In this document: in pieces, positions 1 to 10,058 of the stretch
How the letters are laid out: each line of letters begins with the position of its first letter
Position numbering within the stretch: the stretch's first letter is position 1
DNA from: an uncultured Acidobacteriota bacterium
Lineage (GTDB): Bacteria; Acidobacteriota; Vicinamibacteria; Vicinamibacterales; CAVVIG01
DNA length: 64,000 nt
Direction: 5' to 3'
Assembly: GCA_963711795.1 (NCBI GenBank)
Contig: CAVQFD010000005.1
Coordinates: forward strand, 580,271-644,270
The notes under the pieces: model-generated
Databases searched by the model: none
Told to the model about the DNA's origin: nothing
The model's input: only the letters and a program-made list of their open reading frames with translations
Translations under genes and position numbers: made by a program

Positions 1-1058
1 CGCCGTACCGCCGGGCGCTCATGCATCGGCATACCGTCCTCAACAAGGGCTTGACCAGCCTGTCCAATTGGCTGACCGACTTGAGCCTCAGTGATGTCGA
101 GACCTGCTACAAGGCGATCAATACCGAGCTCCTGAAGTCGATCCCCATTCGATCGAACGACTTCCGTTTCGAGATCGAAGTGACCTTCAAGCTGGCCAAG
201 AGGCGCGCCCGGATCTTCGAAGTCCCGATTCGCTACTCTCCTCGCTCGTACGAGGAGGGCAAGAAAATCCGTGCGAAGGACGGGCTTCTCGCGATTGGCG
301 CGATGTTGAAGTATTTCCTGATCGACGACATGTATGCCGAGGACGAGTACGGCTCGCACATCCTCGCCGACCTTCAGGACGCACGCCGGTTCAACCGCTG
401 GATGGCCGACACCCTGAGGCCCTACCTCGGCGATCACGTCCTCGAAATAGGCGCCGGCATCGGCACATTGACGGCTCAGTTCATCCCGCGCGACTTGTAT
501 CTGGCGAGCGACATCAATCCGCACTACCTGCACTACCTGAGCGCCTATTCTGTTGGAAAGCCCTACTTGCGGGTCGCCAAGATCGACGCAGGGCGCCCCG
601 AGGACTTCGCCGGCCTGTCGGGCCGCTTCGACACCGTGCTGATGGTCAACGTGCTCGAGCACGTGCCGGACGAGGCGATGGCCCTCCGTCACGTCCACGA
701 GGCGCTTGCTCCAGGCGGCCGGGCGGTGATCCTGGTGCCCCAGCACCCGAAGCTGTTCAACTCACTGGATGTTGCGCTCGAGCACAGGGAGCGTTACACG
801 GCGGACGGCCTGAGGCGATCGCTCGAGCGCAGCGGCTTCGAGGTCGAACGAATCTTCGATTTCAACAGGACGTCAGTGCCCGCATGGTTCACGAGCGGGT
901 CCATCTTCAGGCGCAAGGGGTTCTCGCGCATCCAGTTGAAAGTGCTCGAAGTGGCCATGCCCGTCGTCCGCCGGTTCGACTTCCTGTGGCCCTGGACCGG
1001 GCTGAGCGTTATCGGCGTAGGGCGCAAGCCGGCGACAGCCGATCAGCCAGGCACCTGA
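1..1058 (+). CDS. Glycosyltransferase family 2 (C-terminal part) fused to a class I SAM-dependent methyltransferase; 5' end lies outside the window
   Basis: ORF 21..1058 is open back to base 3. 'FRFEIEVTFKLAKRRARIFEVPIRYSPRSYEEGKKI' matches the conserved C-terminal region of GT2 polyprenol-phosphate sugar transferases. 'VLEIGAGIGTLT' (SAM motif I) and 'DTVLMVNVLEHVPDE...LAPGGRAVILVP' are Methyltransf_11/12-type motifs. Confidence 0.75.
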   Translation, partial: PYRRALMHRHTVLNKGLTSLSNWLTDLSLSDVETCYKAINTELLKSIPIRSNDFRFEIEVTFKLAKRRARIFEVPIRYSPRSYEEGKKIRAKDGLLAIGAMLKYFLIDDMYAEDEYGSHILADLQDARRFNRWMADTLRPYLGDHVLEIGAGIGTLTAQFIPRDLYLASDINPHYLHYLSAYSVGKPYLRVAKIDAGRPEDFAGLSGRFDTVLMVNVLEHVPDEAMALRHVHEALAPGGRAVILVPQHPKLFNSLDVALEHRERYTADGLRRSLERSGFEVERIFDFNRTSVPAWFTSGSIFRRKGFSRIQLKVLEVAMPVVRRFDFLWPWTGLSVIGVGRKPATADQPGT

Positions 1059-1062
1059 TCGG

Positions 1063-1892
1063 TCAGACCGTTTCCCACGGGTCAGGCCCGGAAACGATCT
1101 CGTCGAGCCAGGAAGGGTGCCACCTCCGGAGTCGCTCGTTCCGCTGGAAGCAGTCCGTGGCTGACTGCTCGGGAAGCAGGTCTTCGCCGATCCCCTTCCG
1201 GACAAAGAACGCATTGAATCCGAGCGACTGCACGCCGATCAGGCGATAGCCCAGCGCGCGTCCCAGCCCGACGAAGGCCGGGAGCGACGCACCACATCGA
1301 TACGGCCGGACCAGAGATCCAGGCGGTAGTTCTCCTCGTACAGACCGTGTCACGCTCGCTTCCGGCCCACAGTGCGGGTTGAACTCAAGTACCACCACCC
1401 TGGGCAAGATCGTGCCGAGTGACTTCCAGATCCAGTAGTCGTTCCCGTCGAGGTCAAGTGAGAGGAGATCAATCGCTCCTCCGAATCCGTGCTTCGTCAC
1501 GAGATCGCACACGTTGTCGGTCGTGACCCACGCGGTCGCCATCTGGGGCGGTGAAACCCAGGTATTACGGTTGGCCGCGTAGAACGAATTGCCACGGGCG
1601 ACGAGGTCGGCGTCGCCGTCCACCAGGAGAGCCTGCCATCCGTGATTGATAATCAGGTTCGCGGCGTTGCACTCGATCCCATCGCTGGCGCAGATCTCGA
1701 CGGCCCGGCGGTTGGTCGTGCCGAGCAGGGAAAACAAGTACAGAGAATGCCATCCTCGCCGTTTTGCGAGTAGCAGCGAAACTCGACATCGGCCAGATCG
1801 GGGAGAGACGCTTTCCGCCGAGCGAGATCCTGATAGTGAAGCTTCAGCAGTACCTGAGCGACCTGCGAGTCCGCAGGGTTGGGCATGGACAT
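1063..1892 (-). CDS. FkbM-like methyltransferase-family protein of the polysaccharide locus (one frameshift as assembled)
   Basis: ORF pieces 1653..1892 and 1063..1737 join if one base is restored near 1738-1748: '...FRCYSQNGEDGIL|(L)FSLLGTTNRRAVEICASDGIECNAANLI...LLSLDLDGNDYWIW...VVVLEFN'. The layout resembles Methyltransf_21/FkbM-type proteins. The family call is tentative. Confidence 0.5.
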
Positions 1893-1902
1893 GATCAGAA
1901 GT

Positions 1903-2674
1903 CTAGTGGGTCGAGGCGAGCGCTGCTTCGCTCGCGATCAGCTGATCGTAAAATGCCAGGCCATCTTCGACGCCGCCGTCGAAGGTGAGCCGCCCACGGT
2001 CGAGCACGCAGACGCGGCGGCAGATTGCCCGGATCGAGGACGTCGCGTGTGACACGAACACGATGGTCTTGCCCTGCTCCATGAACTGCCGGACCGTCGC
2101 CACGCACTTCTCCTGGAAGATGATGTCGCCGACCGCGAAGATCTCGTCGAGGAGGAGGATGTCGGGGTCCAGATTGGCGGCGATTGCGAACCCCAGCCGC
2201 ATATGCATCCCCGAGGAGTAGTTCTTGATGGGGACATCCATGAAATGCTCGAGCCCGGAGTACTCCGCCACGGCCGGGTAGATCTTCTCGATCGCGGGGA
2301 TGGTCAGCCCTTGAATCGAGGCATTCAGGAACACATTCTCGCGGCCCGTCAACTCCGGGTGGAAGCCGACGCCCAGCTCGATCATGGACGCTATCCGCGC
2401 ACCACGAGCGACGAGCATCCGGCCATTGGTTGGCCGATGGATGCCGGCGATGAGCTTCAACAACGTGCTCTTGCCCGATCCGTTCCGCCCGACGAGGCCG
2501 ATCACGTCGCCATGGTTGATCTGCAGCGATACGTCTCCGCACCGCCCAGAATTCCTCCACCGACTGCCGCTTGCTCGGGTGCAGCAGGCCCAGAAAGCGG
2601 ACCTTCAGCTCGGACGACGCATTGTGACGCAGGAAGAAGCGCTTGGAAACGCCTCGAGCTTCGATGACCGGCAT
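1903..2674 (-). CDS. wzt: Polysaccharide/O-antigen export ABC transporter ATP-binding protein (one frameshift as assembled)
   Basis: ORF 1903..2505 has Walker A 'GRNGSGKST', signature 'YSSGMHMRLGFA', Walker B 'ILLLDE' and H-loop 'VSHA'. The N-terminus 'MPVIEARGVSKRFFLRHN...EEFWAV' lies in another frame (inside ORF 1895..2776) and joins near 2535. ATG 2674..2672 overlaps the restored wzm stop by 1 nt (TGATG). Confidence 0.85.
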
Positions 2675-4004
2675 CAAATCAGCTCCGCGAATCGATCCTC
2701 GAAGGTGAGGAAGAGAAGTGACCCCACGACGAATGCGCCGACGGCGTGGCCATTGCCACGAGCCACACGGTCGCATCCGGCCACTGGCGAAAGTAGAACA
2801 CCTGTTGATAGGCGACGATGTAGGGCGACATCGGGCTCAGGAGAATCAGCAGCCGGAGACGGTCGGGCACCTGCTGTAGCTCATAGATGATAGGTGTCGT
2901 CCAGAACATCACCGACAGGGCAATCTCCAGCAGGTGGCGCACATCACGGAAGAAAGCTGTTCCGGTCGAGAGAATGAGCGCGACACCGACGGTGAAGAGA
3001 ACCTGCAGCGCTAGAAACACCGGGAACAGCAGCATTGGCGCGACGAACGGCACATCGTACCAGTAGAGCATCGCCGGCAGAAACACCGCAATCGTGAGCA
3101 GATACTGCGCGAGATTGAAGAGCACCGTCGCAATGGGCAGGATGGCCCGTGGAAAGAGGACGCTCTTCAACAGCCCGCTGTTGTCCACGATTGCTCCGGT
3201 GGACATCGCGGCCGAGCCGGCAAAGAAGACCCAGGCCAGTTGCCCAAGCATCAGGTAGAAGACGAAGCCCTCGCCCTTCACGCGAAGGATGTAGGTAAAG
3301 GCCGTCGTGTAGACCACGATCATCAGGAGCGGATTGACGAGGGACCACAAGAACCCGAAGACGGACCCGCGGTATTTCAGCTTGATGTCCTTGAGCACCA
3401 GGTTCTTGAGCAACGCGCGGAATCGGTAGAGGTTGCCCACGACCCCTCGGAGCGTCGTCATCTGGTCGGCACGATCAATCAGGTCATCAGACCAGATGGC
3501 TGCCACTTGACGAGCACGCGCCCGCTCGCGAAGGACCCAGAGACCCCTCCACCCGATGGCTGAAATTGCCAGGAAGATCGCATCGGCAAGAAATGCGACG
3601 CGAGACAACCCCTCGAAGCCCACGGTCAGGCCGAGGATCGCGATCGCGGCAACAGTGCCGATTACGATCCCACTTCCCACTCGAAGGAGCCAGTCGACCT
3701 TGGCTCGTGCCGTGTAGGCCCGAAGCGCGGCAAGCGACGCCATCTGAGCGGCCACCACAACGGGCAAAGTCGCCCACGCCCTCGGAAGGAATAAATCGAG
3801 GCTGCCGTCTTGAAACCGGAGCCAGTAGGCGGTCAGGTACCGCAGAGACGGCGAGCAAGGCATCCAGCGTGGCTGCCAGCCACGCGGCCGGCCGGTGCGG
3901 GACGTGCGAGTCGCTGGCAGGCCCACCGGATTCCCTGGCCTCCACGACGGCACCTTTCGGTTCAGGCTGATCTGGAACGGACAAACCCTAGAAGAATAGC
4001 GCAC
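2674..4004 (-). CDS. wzm: ABC-2 type polysaccharide export permease with an N-terminal 4-TM extension (one frameshift near the 3' end)
   Basis: 'LVLKDIKLKYRGSVFGFLWSLVNPLLMIVVY...' and six TM segments fit the Wzm/TagG/KpsM class. The typical C-terminus 'AVGAFVVGSLLFLTFEDRFAELI*' (stop TGA 2676..2674) is reached only after a 1-nt shift near 2757-2762. A canonical-length start would be ATG 3461 (MTTLRG). The frame stays open to 4004 and encodes an extra hydrophobic domain. Confidence 0.8.
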
Positions 4005-4061
4005 CCGCCGCTTTCCGTGTGGGGGACGCGCGACTGGGGCACGGTTGTCGTTGCGGACAGC

Positions 4062-5147
4062 TCAGCGCCCCGGTACACCGTTGAGCGGAACGTCGATGCT
4101 GCCGCCCCATGTCCGAACGGAGCCGGAACCGGTCGCCGTGAGCAGGAGGTACCAGGCTCCGGTCGAAGGGCGGAGATCGCGACGTCCGTCCGGCCGTCGC
4201 CATCATAATCGGCAGGGACCGGCGTATCGTCGCCGCCACCCCAGGTGTACGACAGCCCGCTCACACTTCCCGACCGAAGGATGTACCACCCGCCTTCTGA
4301 ACGCCGAAAGACGGCGATATCGGCCTTGCCATCTCCGTCGTAGTCGGCCGGAACAGGGGTGTCGATGCTGCCGCCCCAGGTGTACGTCGCACCGCTGTTG
4401 GTTGCGGATCGCAGGATGTGCCACGAGCCGTCCGTCGGACGGAAGACCGCGACGTCAGCGCGCCCGTCACCGTCGTAGTCCGCCGGGACGGGCGTGTCAA
4501 TGCTGCCGCCCCACGTGTACTGCATGCCGGTGCCAGTTGACGACTGCAGGATGTACCGCACGCCGGTGGAAGGCCGAAACACAGCGATATCAGTCAGGCC
4601 ATCACCGTCGTAGTCTGCGGCGACGGGGACATCGATGCTCCCGCCCCAACGATGTGCCGCTTCTGTGTGCGACGCCGACCGGACGATGTGCCGGATTGCC
4701 GGTGGACGGCCGGAACACAGCGCGGTCCATCAGTCCGTCGCCGTCATAGTCGCCGATGGCCGGAACATCCTCGGCGGCGCCCCAGGGCGTATGAGTGATG
4801 CCCACGCGCGTCGTCGACGGGTCGATGAACCATGTTGCGGTGGACGGGCGAAACACCGCGATATCGGCGAGGCGGTCTCCGTCGAAGTCTCCGGGCGCCG
4901 CCTGCCCCACAGTCGTGGAAGCGTCGTAGGACGGCGCACTCTCGCCGAAGTCGTTGAGGGCCGAAACGACATAGCGGTACCGGTGGCCTCGCGTGACCGT
5001 CGTGTCAACGAATTCAGCGGCTGTGATGCCAGCGGCGACAAGTGACGTGACCCCGGCGGCATCGACGCGGCGCACATTGTAACGAGTGGCCGCCGCGCCC
5101 GCTGACCACACGATTCGAACTCCCTGCGCCTGGTTTATGGCGCGTAC
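4062..5147 (-). pseudogene. FN3 domain plus six DxDGDG (FG-GAP/VCBS-like) repeats; in frame with the upstream GloVer gene across one TGA, and has two frameshifts
   Basis: It shares the frame of 5148..7379 and is separated only by TGA 5150..5148 plus 12 sense codons. The FN3-like part is 'VRIVWSAGAAATRYNVRR...YRYVVSALNDFGESAPS'. Six ~45-aa repeats follow: 'DYDGDG(R/K)xD(I/V)AVFRPSTGxWYIL...TWGGSxDxPVP'. Frameshifts lie near 4700 and 4170. The restored end is '...WGGSIDVPLNGVPGR*' with stop 4064..4062. Confidence 0.7.
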
Positions 5148-7379
5148 TCAGCCTGGGGCTCGCGCCGCAACTCGCAGTCGAAACACCATGCCGCCGCCCA
5201 ATCGCCCCGAGCCCCAAGCCGTGCCATACATGTCGCCGTCGGCGGCTTGAACGATATCTGCGCCCCAGAGTGAAAACTCCGCGGTCGGGTGTGCGAAGAC
5301 CGTGGCCTGGCCAAGGGTTGTGAGCCGGATGAGGCGCCCCGTGACATCGGGGTAGTACAAGTTTCCGTCCGATGCCTCCAGGACTGATCCCTCGGGTGCG
5401 GCCTCCTGCCAGCTGAAGTTGGCGCGGACCGTCACCTGTCCGCCGGGCGCGATTGAGAACACGAGGCCTCGCGCTCCCTTGAAACTGGAACGCGTCGATC
5501 CGTGGATGCCATGTCGCCCCGCGCTGATCGCCGGCAGGGTCAGGCAGCTGTAGTCGCCATCGAATAGGTCAAGGGCGTACGCGGTGGTGACCAAGCCGGT
5601 CACACTCATCCGAAAGACTCGCCCGGGACACCGCCCTCCAGCCGAGCCATTGTAAAAGTCGGTTCCGGTACCGTAGAGGAAACCGTCCGCCCCGAGGACG
5701 AGCGATCCCGGATGTCCAATGTCCGCCCCTCCAGCGAAGGATCGAAGCAGGGTCAGCGTGCCACCCGCCGTCACCTGGTACAGGGTTCCCAGTCCATGAG
5801 CACCGCCTCGTTCGGTCCCTCCGAAGAACGTTCCATCCGATGTCTCCACGAGAGCGGTCGAGGGGTTAGCCCCATGACTCGGCGTTTCTCCGAACGAGTG
5901 CAGCACAACGACGTCGCCCGAGACCGACAGCCGGAAGACGGTACCGAGATCGTGAGTGCCGCCGGCATAGGTCACACCATAAAAGTGTCCGTCCCGACCA
6001 GCTGTCAGCGCAGACCTGGGAGACGCCCCGTCGAAGCCAGCGAACGAATGCAACACTTTGACGTCGCCCGACGGAGCGATCCGAAACAGGGTGCCAAGTC
6101 CGTAGTTCCCGCCCCCGGCTGTGATGCCGTAGAAGTATCCGTCAGCGCCCTGCACGAGCGGCGCCCTTGGGTGGGCGCCGCCGCGGGGGGCCTCGAATTC
6201 GCCGCGCGCCGTGAATTCGCCGGTTGCGCTCAGAACGAACACGGAGGCCTGCGGACCCTCGTCACTAGAAGAGGCCGTGCCCCAGAACGTACCGTTGTCG
6301 GCGCGGGCGAGAGAATCCGCCTTCCCCCGGGCAAACTGGTACAGCGTAGTCATGGAAGACGAATCCGTGGTCAAGTGGAACGCGAACCCGTGGCCGTAGG
6401 CTCCCCCTGTCGACGTGGTACCGACGAGTGCGTCGCCCCCAGCAGTGAGCGCCAGGGCGTCAATGCGCCCGGTCTTCTCGGGCGCGAACGTGTGGACGCG
6501 TTCGGCAACCATCGCCGGGAAGCCAACAATCCTCCGAAGCCGATACAGGGACGCGGACCCATTCTTAACCGTGGCGACGAAGAGCAATCCATTTGGCGCA
6601 GCAATCACCGCCCCGTTTGGGTTTTCTCCACTGTCGAACGTCGACACCACCTCCACCCTGCCGTTCGGGGCTAACCTGTAGACAGTGCCCACGAGGAACC
6701 CGTAGGTTGTTCCGTAGAAACTGCCATCAGGGCTCCGTGACAACGGCCCGTGCGGATAGGCGCCCGAAATGTACCCGCCCTCAAACGAGTGAACCAGTTC
6801 GATGTTCACTCCATCAGTTCTGAAAATGGTTCCGAAGTCGTACGCCCCGCCGTTTGCCGCGGAGCCGTAGAGATACCCGTCGTCACCGAGCGCCATCGCC
6901 GCTCGTGGATGAGCGCCATTGGGTCCGGAAAACGATGGACCCACGCGAACGACCTCGTCCGAGCCGAACGCGTAGATGGTTCCGAGCCCTTGAGATCCTC
7001 CGCGCTCGGTTGTGCCGTAGTAGCGGCCATCAGGCCCGAGCACGACTGCCGCCAGAGGTGTCGACCCACCCTCGCCCCCGGGGAATGAGTAGACCGGCTC
7101 CGGCGAGCCGCTGGGTCCGATCTTCAGAACCGCACCATGTCCATGGAGCCCGCCCCGCGCGGTCGTTATGTACGAGCCGCCTCCAGGGGTAGCGGTGATG
7201 CTCGACGCAGGCGCGCCGTGGTCACCGCGACCATCGAACTCGTAAAGGACGTCGAAGGGTATCTGAGCTGGTACTGGGGTTGCGAGGGTGAAGCATGCAA
7301 CCGCAGTCGCGACCGAGATTACGTACCGCAGGGCCCAATTGTAGCAGGTGGATCCCGATGGCTCGTTGACCATGTCCAA
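5148..7379 (-). CDS. Secreted GloVer tandem-repeat protein ('choice-of-anchor' repeat family)
   Basis: The hydrophobic N-terminus is 'ALRYVISVATAVACFTLATPVPAQ'. More than 10 degenerate ~45-aa repeats carry the core '(L/F/Y)YG(T/S/V)TxxGGxxxxGT(I/V/L)(F/Y)', for example 'YYGTTERGGSQGLGTIYAF', 'FYGVTYAGGTHDLGTVFRL' and 'FYGITAGGGNYGLGTLFRI'. The 2.2-kb frame is intact. Confidence 0.7.
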   Translation of the reverse strand: MDMVNEPSGSTCYNWALRYVISVATAVACFTLATPVPAQIPFDVLYEFDGRGDHGAPASSITATPGGGSYITTARGGLHGHGAVLKIGPSGSPEPVYSFPGGEGGSTPLAAVVLGPDGRYYGTTERGGSQGLGTIYAFGSDEVVRVGPSFSGPNGAHPRAAMALGDDGYLYGSAANGGAYDFGTIFRTDGVNIELVHSFEGGYISGAYPHGPLSRSPDGSFYGTTYGFLVGTVYRLAPNGRVEVVSTFDSGENPNGAVIAAPNGLLFVATVKNGSASLYRLRRIVGFPAMVAERVHTFAPEKTGRIDALALTAGGDALVGTTSTGGAYGHGFAFHLTTDSSSMTTLYQFARGKADSLARADNGTFWGTASSSDEGPQASVFVLSATGEFTARGEFEAPRGGAHPRAPLVQGADGYFYGITAGGGNYGLGTLFRIAPSGDVKVLHSFAGFDGASPRSALTAGRDGHFYGVTYAGGTHDLGTVFRLSVSGDVVVLHSFGETPSHGANPSTALVETSDGTFFGGTERGGAHGLGTLYQVTAGGTLTLLRSFAGGADIGHPGSLVLGADGFLYGTGTDFYNGSAGGRCPGRVFRMSVTGLVTTAYALDLFDGDYSCLTLPAISAGRHGIHGSTRSSFKGARGLVFSIAPGGQVTVRANFSWQEAAPEGSVLEASDGNLYYPDVTGRLIRLTTLGQATVFAHPTAEFSLWGADIVQAADGDMYGTAWGSGRLGGGMVFRLRVAARAPG

Positions 7380-7592
7380 GTGAAGCCAGAATCGCCGGCT
7401 TTTTGGCCCGGCCAGACTCCCTGGACGGCGAATTGAGCAATCCCAATACCCGGCTGCAGTCCGGTGTTCTCAACAAAACAGCGGCAATATTCGGAAAGGC
7501 CAGCTCTTGAGGAAGACTAAAGTCATCAAAATAGGTGACTTCATGTTTTAGGGACGTAACTTTTCACCTGAGGCAGCGCCGTTCCAGACGCC

Positions 7593-9961
7593 TCACGGGC
7601 TGCTGGAAGGAAGCCTGGGAAGGCCAATGTCAATGCTTCCACCCCATGCCTGCATGACGCCTGTGCCGGTGGCAGAACTCAGGATGTACCAGGCGCCTGT
7701 CGAAGGGCGAAAGACGGCGATGTCAGTGAGCAGGTCGCCGTCGTAGTCGGCGGGCACAGGCGTATCGATGCTCCCGCCCCAGGTGAATGTGGCGCCCGTT
7801 CCGGTTCTCGACCGCAGGACGTACCGCGCACCGGTTGAGGCTCTGAACACTGCGATGTCGGCCCGTCCGTCGCCATCGTAGTCGCCGGGCACAGGCCGGT
7901 CGATGCTGCCCCCCCATGTGTCCTGGATCGACCCTGAGGTCGAGCGAAGGAGATACCAGGCGCCTGTTGATGGCCGAAACACACCGATGTCGGTCCTGCC
8001 GTCTCCATCGTAGTCGGCCGGCACCGGCGTATCGATGCTCCCGCCCCAGGTGTAATGCACCGACCCCACACCCGAACCCAGGATGTACCAGGATCCCGTT
8101 GACGGGCGGAAGACGGCGATATCGGTGCGTCCGTCACCGTCGTAGTCGCCCGGCACGGGGATGTCGATGCTTCCACCCCAGGTGTAGGTTGCGCCGGAAC
8201 CTGTTGCGGAACGGAGGATGTGCCACTGGCCATTCGAAGGTCGAAACACGGCGACGTCGGTTCTGCCGTCGCCGTCGTAGTCCCCGGGAACCGGAATATC
8301 CGCGCCGCCACCCCAGGTGTGTTGAATGCCTCCCCCAAGGACAGATGAGAGGATGTACCACGCCCCGGTCGAGGGTCTGAAAACGGCGACGTCTGCCCGC
8401 ATGTCGCCGTCGAAATCCGTTCGTGTGGGGGTGACCGGGGGCCTCGGCGCAGCCGCCTGGGTGATGGTCACAAGCTGGCCCGCGATCGCAAGAGTCCCGC
8501 TCCGTTGGCTCCCGGCGTTGATTGAGACGGTGTACCCACCGTCCCGCTCGCGGTTCCATTCGATCCGCTCGTGACCGCGACAACCGACGGTTGGTTGCTG
8601 ACAGCGCTCCAGGCGCAGCCCGCCTGCGCCACGACCGACACCGTTCCGGCTCCGCCGCCTGGTCCAAAAGCCGCCGCTGTCGGACTCACGCTGTAAGTGC
8701 AGGCACTCTGTCGGAAATTCGCGACCGCGCCGGAGGTACCGTTCAGTGCCAGGGCCCCGTCCTCGGTCGCAGTCCCCGCCACCGTACCTGTGCCCGGGAA
8801 GTTCGCCAGCGGCGTCGAGAAGATGGCCCGCCGCCCACAGGCCGGTCCTGGCCCGGGGCAGGCATAGGCCATCACATCACGAGCGACTCCTGGCACCGCA
8901 TAGCCGAACGCGTAGGGGAATGAGGGCGAACCTCCCCCCGCATTCGCGCGATCGTGCTGCAGTCCCATGTTGTGGCCGATTTCGTGCGCCAAGGTGAGGT
9001 TGGCATTCGCGCAGTCCCAGTAGACGACGTTATATGCGTAGGGCGCGAACGACGCGTTGACACTGTTCTGTGACATCAACCAACCGATGCCGCAGGCATT
9101 CGTTTCGTTCGTGATAAGCGTGACGACGTCTGCCCGGAACTGATCGCGGAGCGCGGCCACTGTTTCGAGCTGACCATCCCCCGCGTAGGTCAGGTGGTCC
9201 AGGCTCGTGCCAAGGTCGCCGGTCTCGCTGTAGGGTATTTCGCCATAGTGCACGAGACGGAAGCGATGCGTCACGTTGGCATTGGCGAGCGCCAGGTTGG
9301 CGTTGTTCACGGCGCCAATCAGGTCCCCGTTCATCTGGGCAGCGCCGCCGATCGCTGCACGGGCCGCCGGGGTGTAGAGCACCATCAGATCGACGAAAGC
9401 ATTGGTATCCATCGCCGTGCTTGGCGCAGGTGCAGACAGTGCCCGGGCGACCGGTGGAATGCGGGGCAGACCTTCCGGCGGGAGCGCACTCTGATCCACT
9501 TCGGTTACAACGTGTGTTGTGGAGGCGCGGCCACGGCGCACGAGAAACACACGCCCGTCCACGACGACCCGTCCTGAAAGCGTGTCGCCCACGATGGTGA
9601 GGCTGGCCTCCCCCGCGTGACCATCGACCAGTGCGCCCGCCATGTGGGTTTGCACACGATCCCTGTCGATCAAGGAGACTGCGACACGTACAGCGAGGTT
9701 CTCTGTCAGCGGCAGGTCCAGCGTCGAGCGTCGGTCCGCAGCCTGGATTAGTTCGCCGAAGCGGATCCTGACCGACAACCCTTGCGGACTGTCGGCTGCC
9801 ACGGCGGCCGCCTCTGCCCGAACGGACTCCCAGGCAACAACCACATCGCCCCCTGGCGGCTGCTGTGCGGCCTCGGCGCGCGCGGGCACGCCAGTGGAGA
9901 CGAGCGCAAGAAAGGCGCAGACGCGACGGAATGTAAGGATTCTCACGGTTGCTCTGACCAT
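7593..9961 (-). CDS. Secreted metzincin zinc metalloprotease fused to an Ig-like (BACON-type) domain and six DxDGDG repeats (one frameshift as assembled)
   Basis: The signal-like start is 'MVRATVRILTFRRVCAFLALVSTGVPARA' and the active site is 'HEIGHNMGLQHD' (HExxHxxGxxH/D). The Ig-like part is 'CTYSVSPT...VSVVAQAGCAWSAVSN...YTVSINAGSQRSGTLAIAGQLVTITQ'. ORF 8468..9991 joins ORF 7593..8471 by a 1-nt indel at the C-run near 8535-8537. Confidence 0.8.
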
Positions 9962-10058
9962 GCGGACGCGGCAGGTGCCTTCAGCGGCCACACCCAGACT
10001 ATCGGACGCTCGGCGACGGCCTCGCAGAGGGGGAGCGGGTCGTTTGCTTGTTTTCGCC

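Noticed and set aside
5148-5150. Selenocysteine or programmed recoding at the in-frame TGA between the GloVer and FN3 parts
   Set aside because: There is no redox-motif context (the codon lies in a beta-strand-rich FN3 start) and no obvious SECIS-like hairpin immediately downstream. The same gene carries two ordinary frameshifts. A nonsense mutation or base error is more parsimonious. It is kept as a finding only for the domain-continuity observation.
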